Source: an uncultured Candidatus Rokubacteria bacterium
GTDB taxonomy: Bacteria > Methylomirabilota > Methylomirabilia > Rokubacteriales > CSP1-6
Direction: 5' to 3'
NCBI GenBank assembly: GCA_963754315.1
Contig: CAVWFS010000007.1
Coordinates: 96,001-160,000 of the forward strand
DNA: 64,000 bases
Within the stretch, counting starts at the first letter, position 1. The number at the start of each line of letters is the position of its first letter. The notes beneath the pieces are model-generated. The model saw nothing but the letters and a program-made list of their open reading frames with translations. It was not told the DNA's origin and did no database searches. Positions 1-8,127 of this stretch are shown in pieces. A program made the translations under genes and the position numbers.

Positions 1-1
1 G

Positions 2-508
2 TACACGCAGGCCAAGCTCCGGATAGAGGGGGCGGAGAGCATCCTCAAACGGACCTTCCGCGACTTCTTCCCCGATGTGGTGGGCACGGGTTCCGTCGGC
101 GGAGTGCGGAGCTCCTTCGATACGGCGTGGTCGGCGGGCATCGCGCTCAACTGGTCGATCTTCGATGGCGGTAACCGGCTGTCGCGCTACCGGGAGGCCA
201 AAGCTGCCCTGGAGGCGAGCCAGTCGCGCCTCAAGGCCACCGAACTGGATATCGCCCGCGAGGTGGAACAGGCGCGCTCCACCGTCCTTGAGACGGATGA
301 ACGCATCCTGGCCGCCCAGGCCGCGGTGGCTTCGGCTCAGGAGAACTTCCGGCTGGTGCAAGGACGATTCGACGCCGGCGTGGGAACTATCTTGGACCTG
401 ACCGACGCTCAGCTGGCCTTGACGCAGGCCCAAAACGCCGAGGCCCAGGCCCTGGCCGATTTCCGTATCGCGCTGGCCCGCCTGGAGCGAGCGCTCGGGC
501 GACGCTAG
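2..508 (+). CDS. TolC-family outer membrane efflux protein (C-terminal part, truncated by window edge)
   Basis: Open frame from base 2; WSIFDGG motif and GVGTILDLTDAQ...LARLERALG C-terminus typical of TolC/OEP; directly upstream of adaptor and ABC genes. Confidence 0.9.
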   Translation, partial: YTQAKLRIEGAESILKRTFRDFFPDVVGTGSVGGVRSSFDTAWSAGIALNWSIFDGGNRLSRYREAKAALEASQSRLKATELDIAREVEQARSTVLETDERILAAQAAVASAQENFRLVQGRFDAGVGTILDLTDAQLALTQAQNAEAQALADFRIALARLERALGRR

Positions 509-593
509 GGCGCCGACGGCACGGGATACTGGCGCACGACCGCCCTCGGGGAAGCGCCGTAAATACTTGCTATGCTGAGAGCGTCGTAATCGC

Positions 594-2267
594 ATGGTGA
601 AGCGTGCCGTCTCGCTCGTGGTCGTGGCTGCCCTGGTGGGCGGCGGCGTCTGGGCCTACCTCTACACCCAGAGCCGGGGAAACGCCCCGCGCTACCGGCT
701 CGCCCCGGTTGAACGCGGCCCCCTCACGGCGAGCGTGTCCTCCAGCGGTAATCTCAACGCAGTGATCACGGTCCAGGTGGGCAGCCAGATCTCGGGGCAG
801 ATCAAGGAATTGCTCGTCGACTTCAACTCGCTCGTGCGCCAGAACCAGGTGATCGCCCGGATCGATCCAGAGACGTACGAAGCAAAGGTCAGCCAGGCAC
901 GGGCCGACCTGGAATCGAGCCGGGCGGCCGTCATCAACCAGCAGGCGCAGGTCGAGCGGGCGCGCGCCGACGTGGAGAACGCCAAGGCCGCGCTGCTCGA
1001 AGCCCAGGCGCAGACGGCGAAGGCGCGGGTGGCCGTGCTCGATGGCAAGCGCGATCACGATCGCAAGAGCGAGCTCTACCGGCGCGAGCTGATCGCCAAG
1101 AGCGAGATGGACACCTCCGAAGCCGCCTATCAGTCGGCCGTCGCCCAGGTCGAGTCGACCCGCGCGAAGGAGCAGGCACTGGCCGCGGCCATTCGGTCGT
1201 CCGAGGCGCAGGCGAAGGTGGTGGACGCCATGCTCGACGCGGCCCGATCCCAGGTGAAGCAAAAGGAGGCCGCGCTCCGACAGGCCCAGGTCGATCTCGA
1301 GCACACCACGATCCGGGCGCCGGTGGACGGCGTGGTCGTGTCACGCGCGGTCGACGTCGGCCAAACCGTGGCGGCCAGCCTGCAGGCCCCTGTGCTCTTC
1401 ACGATCGCGCAGGACCTTACCAAGATGCAGGTGGAGACGAGCGTCGATGAGGCGGACATCGGGCGCATCAGGGTCGAAGACCGTGCCACCTTCACCGTGG
1501 ACGCGTTTCCCGGGGAGAACTTCGAGGGTAGCGTCACCCAAATCCGGAAGGCGCCTCTCATAGTTCAGAACGTCGTGACCTACACGGTCATCGTGGGCGT
1601 GAACAACCAGGGTGGCCGGCTACTGCCCGGCATGACCGCCAACGTGAAACTCGTGGTGGCCGAGAAGCCGAGCGTGCTGAAGGTTCCCAACGCCGCTCTG
1701 CGCTTTCGGCCTGCGGGGGACACGGCTGGTGCACCAACCCAGGGCTCCCGTGGACCTCAGGCTGGCGGCGGGACTTCAGAAGGGAGCGGTCAGGGAGGCC
1801 GGCCGTCACTGGAACGCATCCGGGAGCGCCTGGTGCAGAGTCTCAAGCTCACCGAGCAGCAACAGAAAAAGCTCGATCCGATCCTGGAAGACAGCCGCAC
1901 TCAGATGCGAGCCCTGGCCGGCATGCCAGAAGGGGAACGTCAAGCGCAGGCCCAGAAGATCCGCGAGGCGACGCGAGTGCGCATCCGCGCTATCCTCACC
2001 CCCGAACAACAGGCCAAATACGATCAGGAGGTCGGGGCGCGAGGCCGCAGCACCACCGGCCCCGGGCGGGTCTGGGTCGTGGGTGCCGACGGAAACCCAG
2101 TGGTGGTCTCTCTCACCGTGGGGCTCACCGATGGGAGCATGACCGAGGTCGTCCAGGGTGACCTCAAGGACGGTCAGGAGGTCATCGTGGGACTCGCGGG
2201 CGCGAGCGGCGGCACCGGCCGGCCAGGGGCACCCGGCGGTGCCACCGGCCCCCGACTACGCCTGTGA
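594..2267 (+). CDS. Efflux periplasmic adaptor subunit (MacA/HlyD family) with inserted LTxxQ helical domain
   Basis: N-terminal TM anchor, [11 protein letters not shown] and [10 protein letters not shown] lipoyl motifs, long coiled coil, VDEADIG beta-barrel motif. Confidence 0.92.
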   Translation: MVKRAVSLVVVAALVGGGVWAYLYTQSRGNAPRYRLAPVERGPLTASVSSSGNLNAVITVQVGSQISGQIKELLVDFNSLVRQNQVIARIDPETYEAKVSQARADLESSRAAVINQQAQVERARADVENAKAALLEAQAQTAKARVAVLDGKRDHDRKSELYRRELIAKSEMDTSEAAYQSAVAQVESTRAKEQALAAAIRSSEAQAKVVDAMLDAARSQVKQKEAALRQAQVDLEHTTIRAPVDGVVVSRAVDVGQTVAASLQAPVLFTIAQDLTKMQVETSVDEADIGRIRVEDRATFTVDAFPGENFEGSVTQIRKAPLIVQNVVTYTVIVGVNNQGGRLLPGMTANVKLVVAEKPSVLKVPNAALRFRPAGDTAGAPTQGSRGPQAGGGTSEGSGQGGRPSLERIRERLVQSLKLTEQQQKKLDPILEDSRTQMRALAGMPEGERQAQAQKIREATRVRIRAILTPEQQAKYDQEVGARGRSTTGPGRVWVVGADGNPVVVSLTVGLTDGSMTEVVQGDLKDGQEVIVGLAGASGGTGRPGAPGGATGPRLRL

Positions 2268-3025
2268 TCCTGACGGAGGGTCTCACCAAGGACTATCGAC
2301 TGGGACCGCATACGGTCCACGCCCTGCGAGGCGTGTCGGTCGCCATCGCGCCCGGTGAGTTTGTGGCGGTCATGGGCCCCTCCGGCTCCGGGAAGTCCAC
2401 CTTCATGAACCTGCTGGGATGTCTGGACACCCCGACCGCCGGCCGTTACGTCCTCGATGGCGCCGACATTGCCCGACTGCCCCGCGATGAGCTTGCGCGC
2501 ATCCGCAATGCCAAGATCGGGTTCGTCTTCCAGCAGTTCAACCTGCTCGCGCGGACGAGCGCGCTCGAAAACGTCGAGCTCCCCCTCTATTATTCGACTC
2601 GTCCCGCCGGCGAGCGTCAGGCGCGCGCGCGGGAACAGCTGGCTGAGGTCGGGCTGGCCGATCGCGCCGCGCACCAGCCGAGCCAGCTCTCGGGCGGCCA
2701 GCAGCAGCGGGTGGCCATCGCACGGGCCCTGGTGAACAGCCCGAGTGTGATGCTGGCCGACGAGCCGACCGGCAACCTGGATACGCGGACGAGTGTCGAG
2801 ATCCTCGCCCTTCTCCAGCGGCTCAACCGGGAGGGACTGACCATCGTGCTGGTCACCCATGAGCCAGACATCGCCGCCTACGCCAGCCGTGTGTTGACCT
2901 TCCGTGATGGTCGTCTGTTGAGCGATGTGCGGGTGCCCGCACCGAGGGACGCCGTCACCACCCTGGAGACCCTCACCGAGACTCGCGACGAAGAGACGGT
3001 CGAGCCGGTGGAGGCCGTTGCATGA
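2264..3025 (+). CDS. ABC transporter ATP-binding protein (MacB/LolD type)
   Basis: Walker A GPSGSGKS, signature [22 protein letters not shown] overlap with upstream gene. Confidence 0.95.
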   Translation: MILTEGLTKDYRLGPHTVHALRGVSVAIAPGEFVAVMGPSGSGKSTFMNLLGCLDTPTAGRYVLDGADIARLPRDELARIRNAKIGFVFQQFNLLARTSALENVELPLYYSTRPAGERQARAREQLAEVGLADRAAHQPSQLSGGQQQRVAIARALVNSPSVMLADEPTGNLDTRTSVEILALLQRLNREGLTIVLVTHEPDIAAYASRVLTFRDGRLLSDVRVPAPRDAVTTLETLTETRDEETVEPVEAVA

Positions 3026-4254
3026 ACATCGTCCCCAGCATGCGGATCGCGGTTCGGGCCCTGCGCGTGAACAAGCTGCGGAGCGCGCTGACGATGCTGG
3101 GCATCATCATCGGTGTGGGCGCGGTGATCGCGATGGTGGCCGTGGGTGCCGGCGCGCAGGCGCGCGTGGCCGAGCAGATCCAGAGCCTGGGGTCGAACCT
3201 GATCATCGTCCTCTCCGGAAGCGTGACCTCGAGCGGCATCCGCCTCGGGCAAGGGAGTCAGCTCACCATCAGCGAAGATGACGCGACGGCCATCGAGCGC
3301 GAGATTCCTCTCGTGCAGGTCGCGGCACCGTCCGTGCGGGGCACGGCGCAGCTCGTGTACGGGAACCTGAACTGGTCCACGGTCGTCCAGGGCGTGACTC
3401 CTCAGTACCTGGAGGCTCGCGATTGGCCCCTCGGAACCGGCCGCCCCTTCTTCGGAGAAGAGGTGGCGGGGGCTAGCAAGGTTGCGCTCATCGGTCAGAC
3501 GACTGCCCTGAATCTGTTCGGAGACTCCGATCCGCTCGGGCAAATCATCCGAATCAAGAAGGTCCCGTTCACGATCGTGGGCACCTTGACCCGCAAGGGA
3601 CAGAACTCCTGGGGACAGGATCAGGACGACGTGGTCCTGATCCCGCTCTCGACCGCCAAGAAGAAGGTGCTCGGCACCAGCCGCTCGCACCCGCGTTCGG
3701 TCGGCGCGATCTCCGTCAAGGTGCGGGCGGGGGAAGACATGGCAGAGGCCGAAACCCAGACGCGCGCGTTGCTGCGGCAGCGCCACCGCTTGCAGCCGTA
3801 TCAGGACGACGATTTCTGGCTGCGCAACCTCTCCGAGGTGCTCCAGACGCAGGAGGAATCGTCGAAGGTCATGACCTATCTGCTGGCGGCCATCGCCTCC
3901 GTCTCTCTCCTGGTCGGCGGCATCGGCATCATGAACATCATGCTGGTGTCGGTGACGGAGCGGACGCGCGAAATCGGTCTCCGCATGGCCGTGGGGGCCC
4001 GCGGGCGCGACATCCTCGCCCAGTTCCTCATCGAGGCGGTGACCCTCTCGCTGATCGGCGGCATCATCGGGATCGCCTTCGGCCTCGGCGGCTCACGGGC
4101 CATCAGCTACTTCGCGGAGTGGCGGACCCTGGTCGCCCCCCAGTCCATCGCGCTCGCCTTCGGGTTCTCGGCGGCGGTGGGGGTATTCTTTGGCTACTAT
4201 CCCGCGCGCAAGGCCGCCCGCCTCGATCCCATCGAGGCGCTTCGCTTCGAGTAA
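3022..4254 (+). CDS. ABC transporter permease (MacB/FtsX type)
   Basis: [52 protein letters not shown] motifs. Confidence 0.95.
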   Translation: MNIVPSMRIAVRALRVNKLRSALTMLGIIIGVGAVIAMVAVGAGAQARVAEQIQSLGSNLIIVLSGSVTSSGIRLGQGSQLTISEDDATAIEREIPLVQVAAPSVRGTAQLVYGNLNWSTVVQGVTPQYLEARDWPLGTGRPFFGEEVAGASKVALIGQTTALNLFGDSDPLGQIIRIKKVPFTIVGTLTRKGQNSWGQDQDDVVLIPLSTAKKKVLGTSRSHPRSVGAISVKVRAGEDMAEAETQTRALLRQRHRLQPYQDDDFWLRNLSEVLQTQEESSKVMTYLLAAIASVSLLVGGIGIMNIMLVSVTERTREIGLRMAVGARGRDILAQFLIEAVTLSLIGGIIGIAFGLGGSRAISYFAEWRTLVAPQSIALAFGFSAAVGVFFGYYPARKAARLDPIEALRFE

Positions 4255-4260
4255 AGGGGC

Positions 4261-5001
4261 GTGAAGGGGAAGCTGGGCCGGCGGAGCAAGCCCCGAACGC
4301 CAGCCAAGCCTCCCAAGCGCAAGGCACCGGGCTCGCGCGCCAAGCTGCGCGCGGTGGCGAAAGTGCGGAAGCGCGCCAAGCCGCGCGCGGTGACGAAAGT
4401 GCGGAAGCCCGCCAAGCCGCGCGCGGTGGCGAAAGTGCGGAAGCGCGCCAAACCGCGCCCAGTGGCGAAAGTGCGGAAGCCCGCCAAACCGCGCCCAGTG
4501 ACGAAAGCGCGGAAGCCCGCGAAGTCTCGCCCCCAGCAGGCCGCCCGCGCCCCTGCCTGGCGTCAGTCATCTCCCGCCGCAATGCGTCCGGCTCTCACTG
4601 CCGAGAACGACCTCTTGGACCTGGCGCGCTCGTTGGCGGACGCGGCCAGGGCCCACGCTTCTGACGGCAAAGCGATGGAGGTCGCGTTGCTGCGATTGGA
4701 GGCTGCGTTTGCAGGTGGCGGCGCCTTACCGCGCCGGTACTTCCGGAGCTGGCTCCGCACGTGGAGCGACAAGACGGCGACTCTGGCCCTGGCCTGGGCC
4801 CGAGAACAGGTGCGTCGGGGCGTCGGTGAGGTCCTCGAGCGTGAGCGGAGTCAGGGGCGCGTGCGCAGTGACGTTTCACCCGAGACCTTGTCCTGGCTGG
4901 TCCTGGCGGCGAGCGAGGCGATGGCTCATGAGCCGCTCGGGGCATCCCGCGACCGGATTGCCATGCTGCTCGAGTTCCTGCGCCCCCCGGGCGGATCATG
5001 A
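4261..5001 (+). CDS. Hypothetical protein: histone H1-like K/R/A/P repeat N-terminus plus TetR C-terminal-like helical domain
   Basis: Five 12-aa repeats of AKPRAVAKVRKR type; C-terminal GRVRSDVSPETLSWLVLAA resembles TetR_C; stop overlaps nth start (ATGA). Confidence 0.7.
   Translation: MKGKLGRRSKPRTPAKPPKRKAPGSRAKLRAVAKVRKRAKPRAVTKVRKPAKPRAVAKVRKRAKPRPVAKVRKPAKPRPVTKARKPAKSRPQQAARAPAWRQSSPAAMRPALTAENDLLDLARSLADAARAHASDGKAMEVALLRLEAAFAGGGALPRRYFRSWLRTWSDKTATLALAWAREQVRRGVGEVLERERSQGRVRSDVSPETLSWLVLAASEAMAHEPLGASRDRIAMLLEFLRPPGGS
4339..4518 (+). repeat. Coding tandem repeat, 5 x 36 bp
   Basis: Units start at 4339, 4375, 4411, 4447 and 4483; consensus near GCCAAGCCGCGCGCGGTGGCGAAAGTGCGGAAGCGC. 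Confidence 0.95.
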
Positions 5002-5720
5002 GGCGAGTGCGTCCCGAGGCTGTCCCCGGCCGGCGGCGTGGTCTGCACCGGGATCGCAGGGCGCCACGCCCCATCCCCATTGCCACCATGATCCGTCGAT
5101 TGCAGCGAACGGCACCGCGCTGGAATCCCACTGCCCTCGCGGTGGTGGCCACCCAGACGCGCGATCCGTTCCGCGTGCTGATCGCCTGTATTCTGTCCCT
5201 GCGCACGCAGGACACCACAACCGGACCCGCTGCCGAGCGGCTCTTCACCCTGGCCGATTCGCCGGCGGCGATGCTGAGGCTCACACCGATCCAGATCCAA
5301 CGGGCGATCTACCCGGTGGGCTTCTACCGCACGAAAGCACGCGTCATCCTCGGGCTATGCCGCGACGTGCTGGAACGCTTCGAAGGACGGGTGCCCGCCG
5401 ACCTCGATGCGCTCCTCACGTTGAAGGGGGTTGGCCGCAAGACGGCCAATCTGGTGGTGACCATGGGCTATGGCCTGCCCGGAATCTGCGTGGACACCCA
5501 TGTCCATCGGATCTCTAACCGGTGGGGTTACGTGAAGACGCGGACGCCCGAGCAGACCGAGCTCGCGCTACGGGCGAAACTACCGCCGCGTTTCTGGATT
5601 GGCTACAACGATCTCCTTGTTTCGTTCGGACAGAACATCTGCGGACCGCTGTCGCCCCGCTGCTCCGACTGCCCGGTGGCCACCCTGTGCCCGCGGGTGG
5701 GCGTCACCCGCTCGCGCTGA
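4998..5720 (+). CDS. nth: Endonuclease III (HhH-GPD DNA glycosylase)
   Basis: LKGVGRKTANLV HhH, VDTHVHR, C-x6-C-x2-C-x5-C (CGPLSPRCSDCPVATLC) Fe-S loop. Confidence 0.95.
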   Translation: MRRVRPEAVPGRRRGLHRDRRAPRPIPIATMIRRLQRTAPRWNPTALAVVATQTRDPFRVLIACILSLRTQDTTTGPAAERLFTLADSPAAMLRLTPIQIQRAIYPVGFYRTKARVILGLCRDVLERFEGRVPADLDALLTLKGVGRKTANLVVTMGYGLPGICVDTHVHRISNRWGYVKTRTPEQTELALRAKLPPRFWIGYNDLLVSFGQNICGPLSPRCSDCPVATLCPRVGVTRSR

Positions 5721-5755
5721 GCGGGTGAAGGAGTTCAGGAGTCTACGCTCCGGAT

Positions 5756-6223
5756 TCATTCCGGTGAGCTGACCGGCCCCAGCAGCTCCGCGATCCGTCG
5801 CGTCCGATACGCCCAGGCAGCTCTCATCAGCTGGCGTGCCACGAGGAGATGAACCGCGCGTCCCACGAGTCCCCCGGGGAGGCGATACACCAGCCGATCT
5901 TCCACGAGGGTGGTCGCGGCGCCGATGGCCAGAAAGCGACGGCGATGCTCCCAGCGTGCGAAGGGGCCCCGCACCTGCGCCTCGAGGAAACGAAAGGGCG
6001 GGTCACACTCACGCACGAACCCGCGCATGCGCAGCGGGACTCCCAGACAGCGTAGGCCGTAATCGAGGACGGCTCCCGCCTGCCGCGTCTGCCGGCCGAG
6101 CACACGCACCTGCAGCCAAGGCGGGCTTAGATGGATTGCGTGGCGGGGGTCGGCGAGGAAGGCGAACACAACGGGACGGGGACGGCCGATCACGAGGCGG
6201 TGCTCGATGATGTGATCGACCAT
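5756..6223 (-). CDS. SRPBCC (START/polyketide cyclase-like) family protein
   Basis: RPRPVVFAFLADP...LSPPWL, QVRGPFARWEH and EDRLVYRLPGG patterns; start trimmed to ATG at 6223. Confidence 0.8.
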   Translation of the reverse strand: MVDHIIEHRLVIGRPRPVVFAFLADPRHAIHLSPPWLQVRVLGRQTRQAGAVLDYGLRCLGVPLRMRGFVRECDPPFRFLEAQVRGPFARWEHRRRFLAIGAATTLVEDRLVYRLPGGLVGRAVHLLVARQLMRAAWAYRTRRIAELLGPVSSPE

Positions 6224-6274
6224 CAGAGGTGATCGGCCCGCGCCCAGCCCCGCCGGCCCGGAGCGCACTCCCCG

Positions 6275-6742
6275 TCAGACGAGCTTGCGCACCTCAGCGA
6301 GGATCCGATCGGGGTCGGGCAGCTCACCCCGACCGTACCTCTCGACGAAGCGAATGATCCCCGCCGCATCAACGACGAAGGTGGCCCGGGTGTTGGCGTT
6401 CCAGTCCGGCCAGTGGACGCCGTAGTCCTTGACGACGCTTCGCTGCATGTCCGAGAGGAGCGGGTAATGGGAAATGTCCACCGCCTTTGCCCAGTTCTCG
6501 TGGCTGAACGGACTGTCTGTACTGATACCCAACACTTGGGTATTGACCGCCTCGAAGTCGCCGGCGCGCTTGTCGAAGGCGGGCATGCACGTGCTTCAGC
6601 CGGGTGTCCAGTCGAGCGGATAGAAGAGGATCACCACGTTCTTGCCCCGCAGAGCGTGGAGGCTCACCTCCTGCAGGCCGATTCCCTTGAGCGTGAAGTC
6701 AGGCGCTGGATCTCCGACTCTGAGCGTGTGTTCGTTGCTCAC
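6275..6742 (-). CDS. Selenocysteine-containing peroxiredoxin (AhpC/TSA family), Sec at codon 49
   Basis: Read by hand from GTG 6742: MSNEHTLRVGDPAPDFTLKGIGLQEVSLHALRGKNVVILFYPLDWTPG-UGA-STCMPAFD, continuing in frame into ORF 6275..6586; UGA (6596-6598) sits at the Cys of the PxxxTxxC motif; AGGGGAGG RBS upstream. Confidence 0.9.
6547..6582 (-). promoter_or_regulatory. Candidate bacterial SECIS hairpin
   Basis: Minus-strand RNA CCGCC-U-UCGA pairs with UCGA-GGCGG; upper stem closes a G-initiated GCCG loop about 30 nt 3' of the UGA; folded by eye. Confidence 0.6.
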
Positions 6743-7665
6743 GCGTGCCGCCCTCCCCTGGCATACGCTGATGGTCGTACAGGCCGCGCCGACACCGCGG
6801 GCCGGGCCCTGACGGGCGGCTTACGCACGGCGGCCCACAGCTGGGCGCGACGCGACTCGAGCGAATTGTCCGCCATTCCGAGGTAGCGAGCGGCGGTGAG
6901 CACCCTGCCCGTCTCCCAGAGCCTGGCGAAGCGCGCCGCGGCGCGGGCGTCGCGCAGCGCGTGGTGGTCCATGATCACGCGGCAGCCCGTCATGTCAAGC
7001 ACGCGCAGGAGATTGTCGATGCCACGGTCGATGGCGCCGGCGCCCAGCTCGCGCTCGATGTACGAGGGCGGTCCCGAAAGATACAGCAGGGTCGGCCTCT
7101 CCCGCAGAAGATAGGCGGTCGCGACTGGCGAAAGCGGACCCTGCACGTCCGAGGCGAACACGAAGCGTTCGCGCTCTGCAGGATCCTCCACCGTGAGGGC
7201 GACCACGTAGCCGAGGGAGGTGCCCTCCAGGCCGTGGGCGAGTGGTGGGGAGACGCGCAGAATCATCCCGGCCTCTCGAAGCGTGAACCCGTCGGCCGCT
7301 TGCACCCGGGCGACCGGAGCCAGCGCCGTCCACAGTTCACCCGCGCGACGCGCCTGCTGGCCGCCCACCATGCGCCGAGGGTTCTTGGCGATGACGAGGC
7401 GCCCAACGTAGGTGGCCGGGTCCGATCGGAAATGATCCGCGTGGTAGTGACTCACGAAGACGATCTGGGCGCGGGCGGCGTAGGCGGAGATTCGGTCGTT
7501 GGCGCGGCGCAGCGCCTCCCACTCCTCGTCCGCGGGCGGCAAGCTGGACCGTGAGGGTGCCAAGGTGGCGCCGGGGTCGATGAGGAGTCCGGTCCCGCCA
7601 CATTCGACATAGGTGGCCATGGAGCGGACCCCCAGTGATTCAGCGGCGAGCGGCAGGACGTTCAT
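6739..7665 (-). CDS. MBL-fold metallo-hydrolase, UPF0282-like
   Basis: PLAAESLGVRSMAT...IDPG N-terminus, SHYHADH, FASDVQGP, DHHALRD motifs. Confidence 0.8.
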   Translation of the reverse strand: MNVLPLAAESLGVRSMATYVECGGTGLLIDPGATLAPSRSSLPPADEEWEALRRANDRISAYAARAQIVFVSHYHADHFRSDPATYVGRLVIAKNPRRMVGGQQARRAGELWTALAPVARVQAADGFTLREAGMILRVSPPLAHGLEGTSLGYVVALTVEDPAERERFVFASDVQGPLSPVATAYLLRERPTLLYLSGPPSYIERELGAGAIDRGIDNLLRVLDMTGCRVIMDHHALRDARAAARFARLWETGRVLTAARYLGMADNSLESRRAQLWAAVRKPPVRARPAVSARPVRPSAYARGGRHA

Positions 7666-7681
7666 GGGTCTCGAGCTCCGG

Positions 7682-7789
7682 TCAGATGCAGCGGCCGCCG
7701 TCGACCTCGACGCCCGAGCCCATGATCATGGCATCGCCGATGCCGGAAGCATCTCCGCTGACAATAGCGGCGCGCTCGGCCAGCTTCAT
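7682..7789 (-). pseudogene. Internally deleted short-chain dehydrogenase (SDR) remnant, 35 codons
   Basis: MKLAERAAIVSGDASGIG (SDR N-terminal nucleotide-binding start) joined directly to MIMGSGVEVDGGRCI (SDR C-terminus); GGAGGAG RBS; ATGA overlap with upstream stop. Confidence 0.75.
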
Positions 7790-8127
7790 CGACTCCTCCC
7801 GATCGCGGTGTCTGCTCCGGACCGCCAGCGATAATGGCGTAGCGGGACGCGCCCCGCGCGCAGGGTCACCCCTTCCTGCTCGAGGCGGATGCGTTGCGTC
7901 ACCATCCCGCTCAGCGGGGCGCGCACGCTGATGGCACCCTGTGCGTTCACCACCCGATGCCACGGAACATCGGGCGGACACACGCGCATGGCGTGGCCGA
8001 CCATGCGCGCCGCCCGGGGCCATCCAAGCCGCGCGGCGATTTCACCGTAGGTCAGCACCCGCCCCCGCGGAATGCGGCGGACGAGCCGATAGACGGCGGC
8101 CATGAAACGCTGTCCGGTCTCAGGCAC
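7786..8127 (-). CDS. Alkyltransferase-like protein (ATL, MGMT family)
   Basis: IPRGRVLTYGEIA, AARMVG and PWHRVV (Trp replaces the active Cys of PCHR); start is GTG 8127 or ATG 8103. Confidence 0.88.
   Translation of the reverse strand: MPETGQRFMAAVYRLVRRIPRGRVLTYGEIAARLGWPRAARMVGHAMRVCPPDVPWHRVVNAQGAISVRAPLSGMVTQRIRLEQEGVTLRAGRVPLRHYRWRSGADTAIGRSR

Noticed and set aside
4339..4518. 36-bp repeats as a CRISPR array
   Set aside because: Units are head-to-tail with no spacers, keep the reading frame and encode a basic peptide repeat; no cas genes are present.
7786..8127. Active O6-methylguanine methyltransferase (ogt)
   Set aside because: The motif is PWHR, not PCHR, so the acceptor Cys is missing; called ATL instead.
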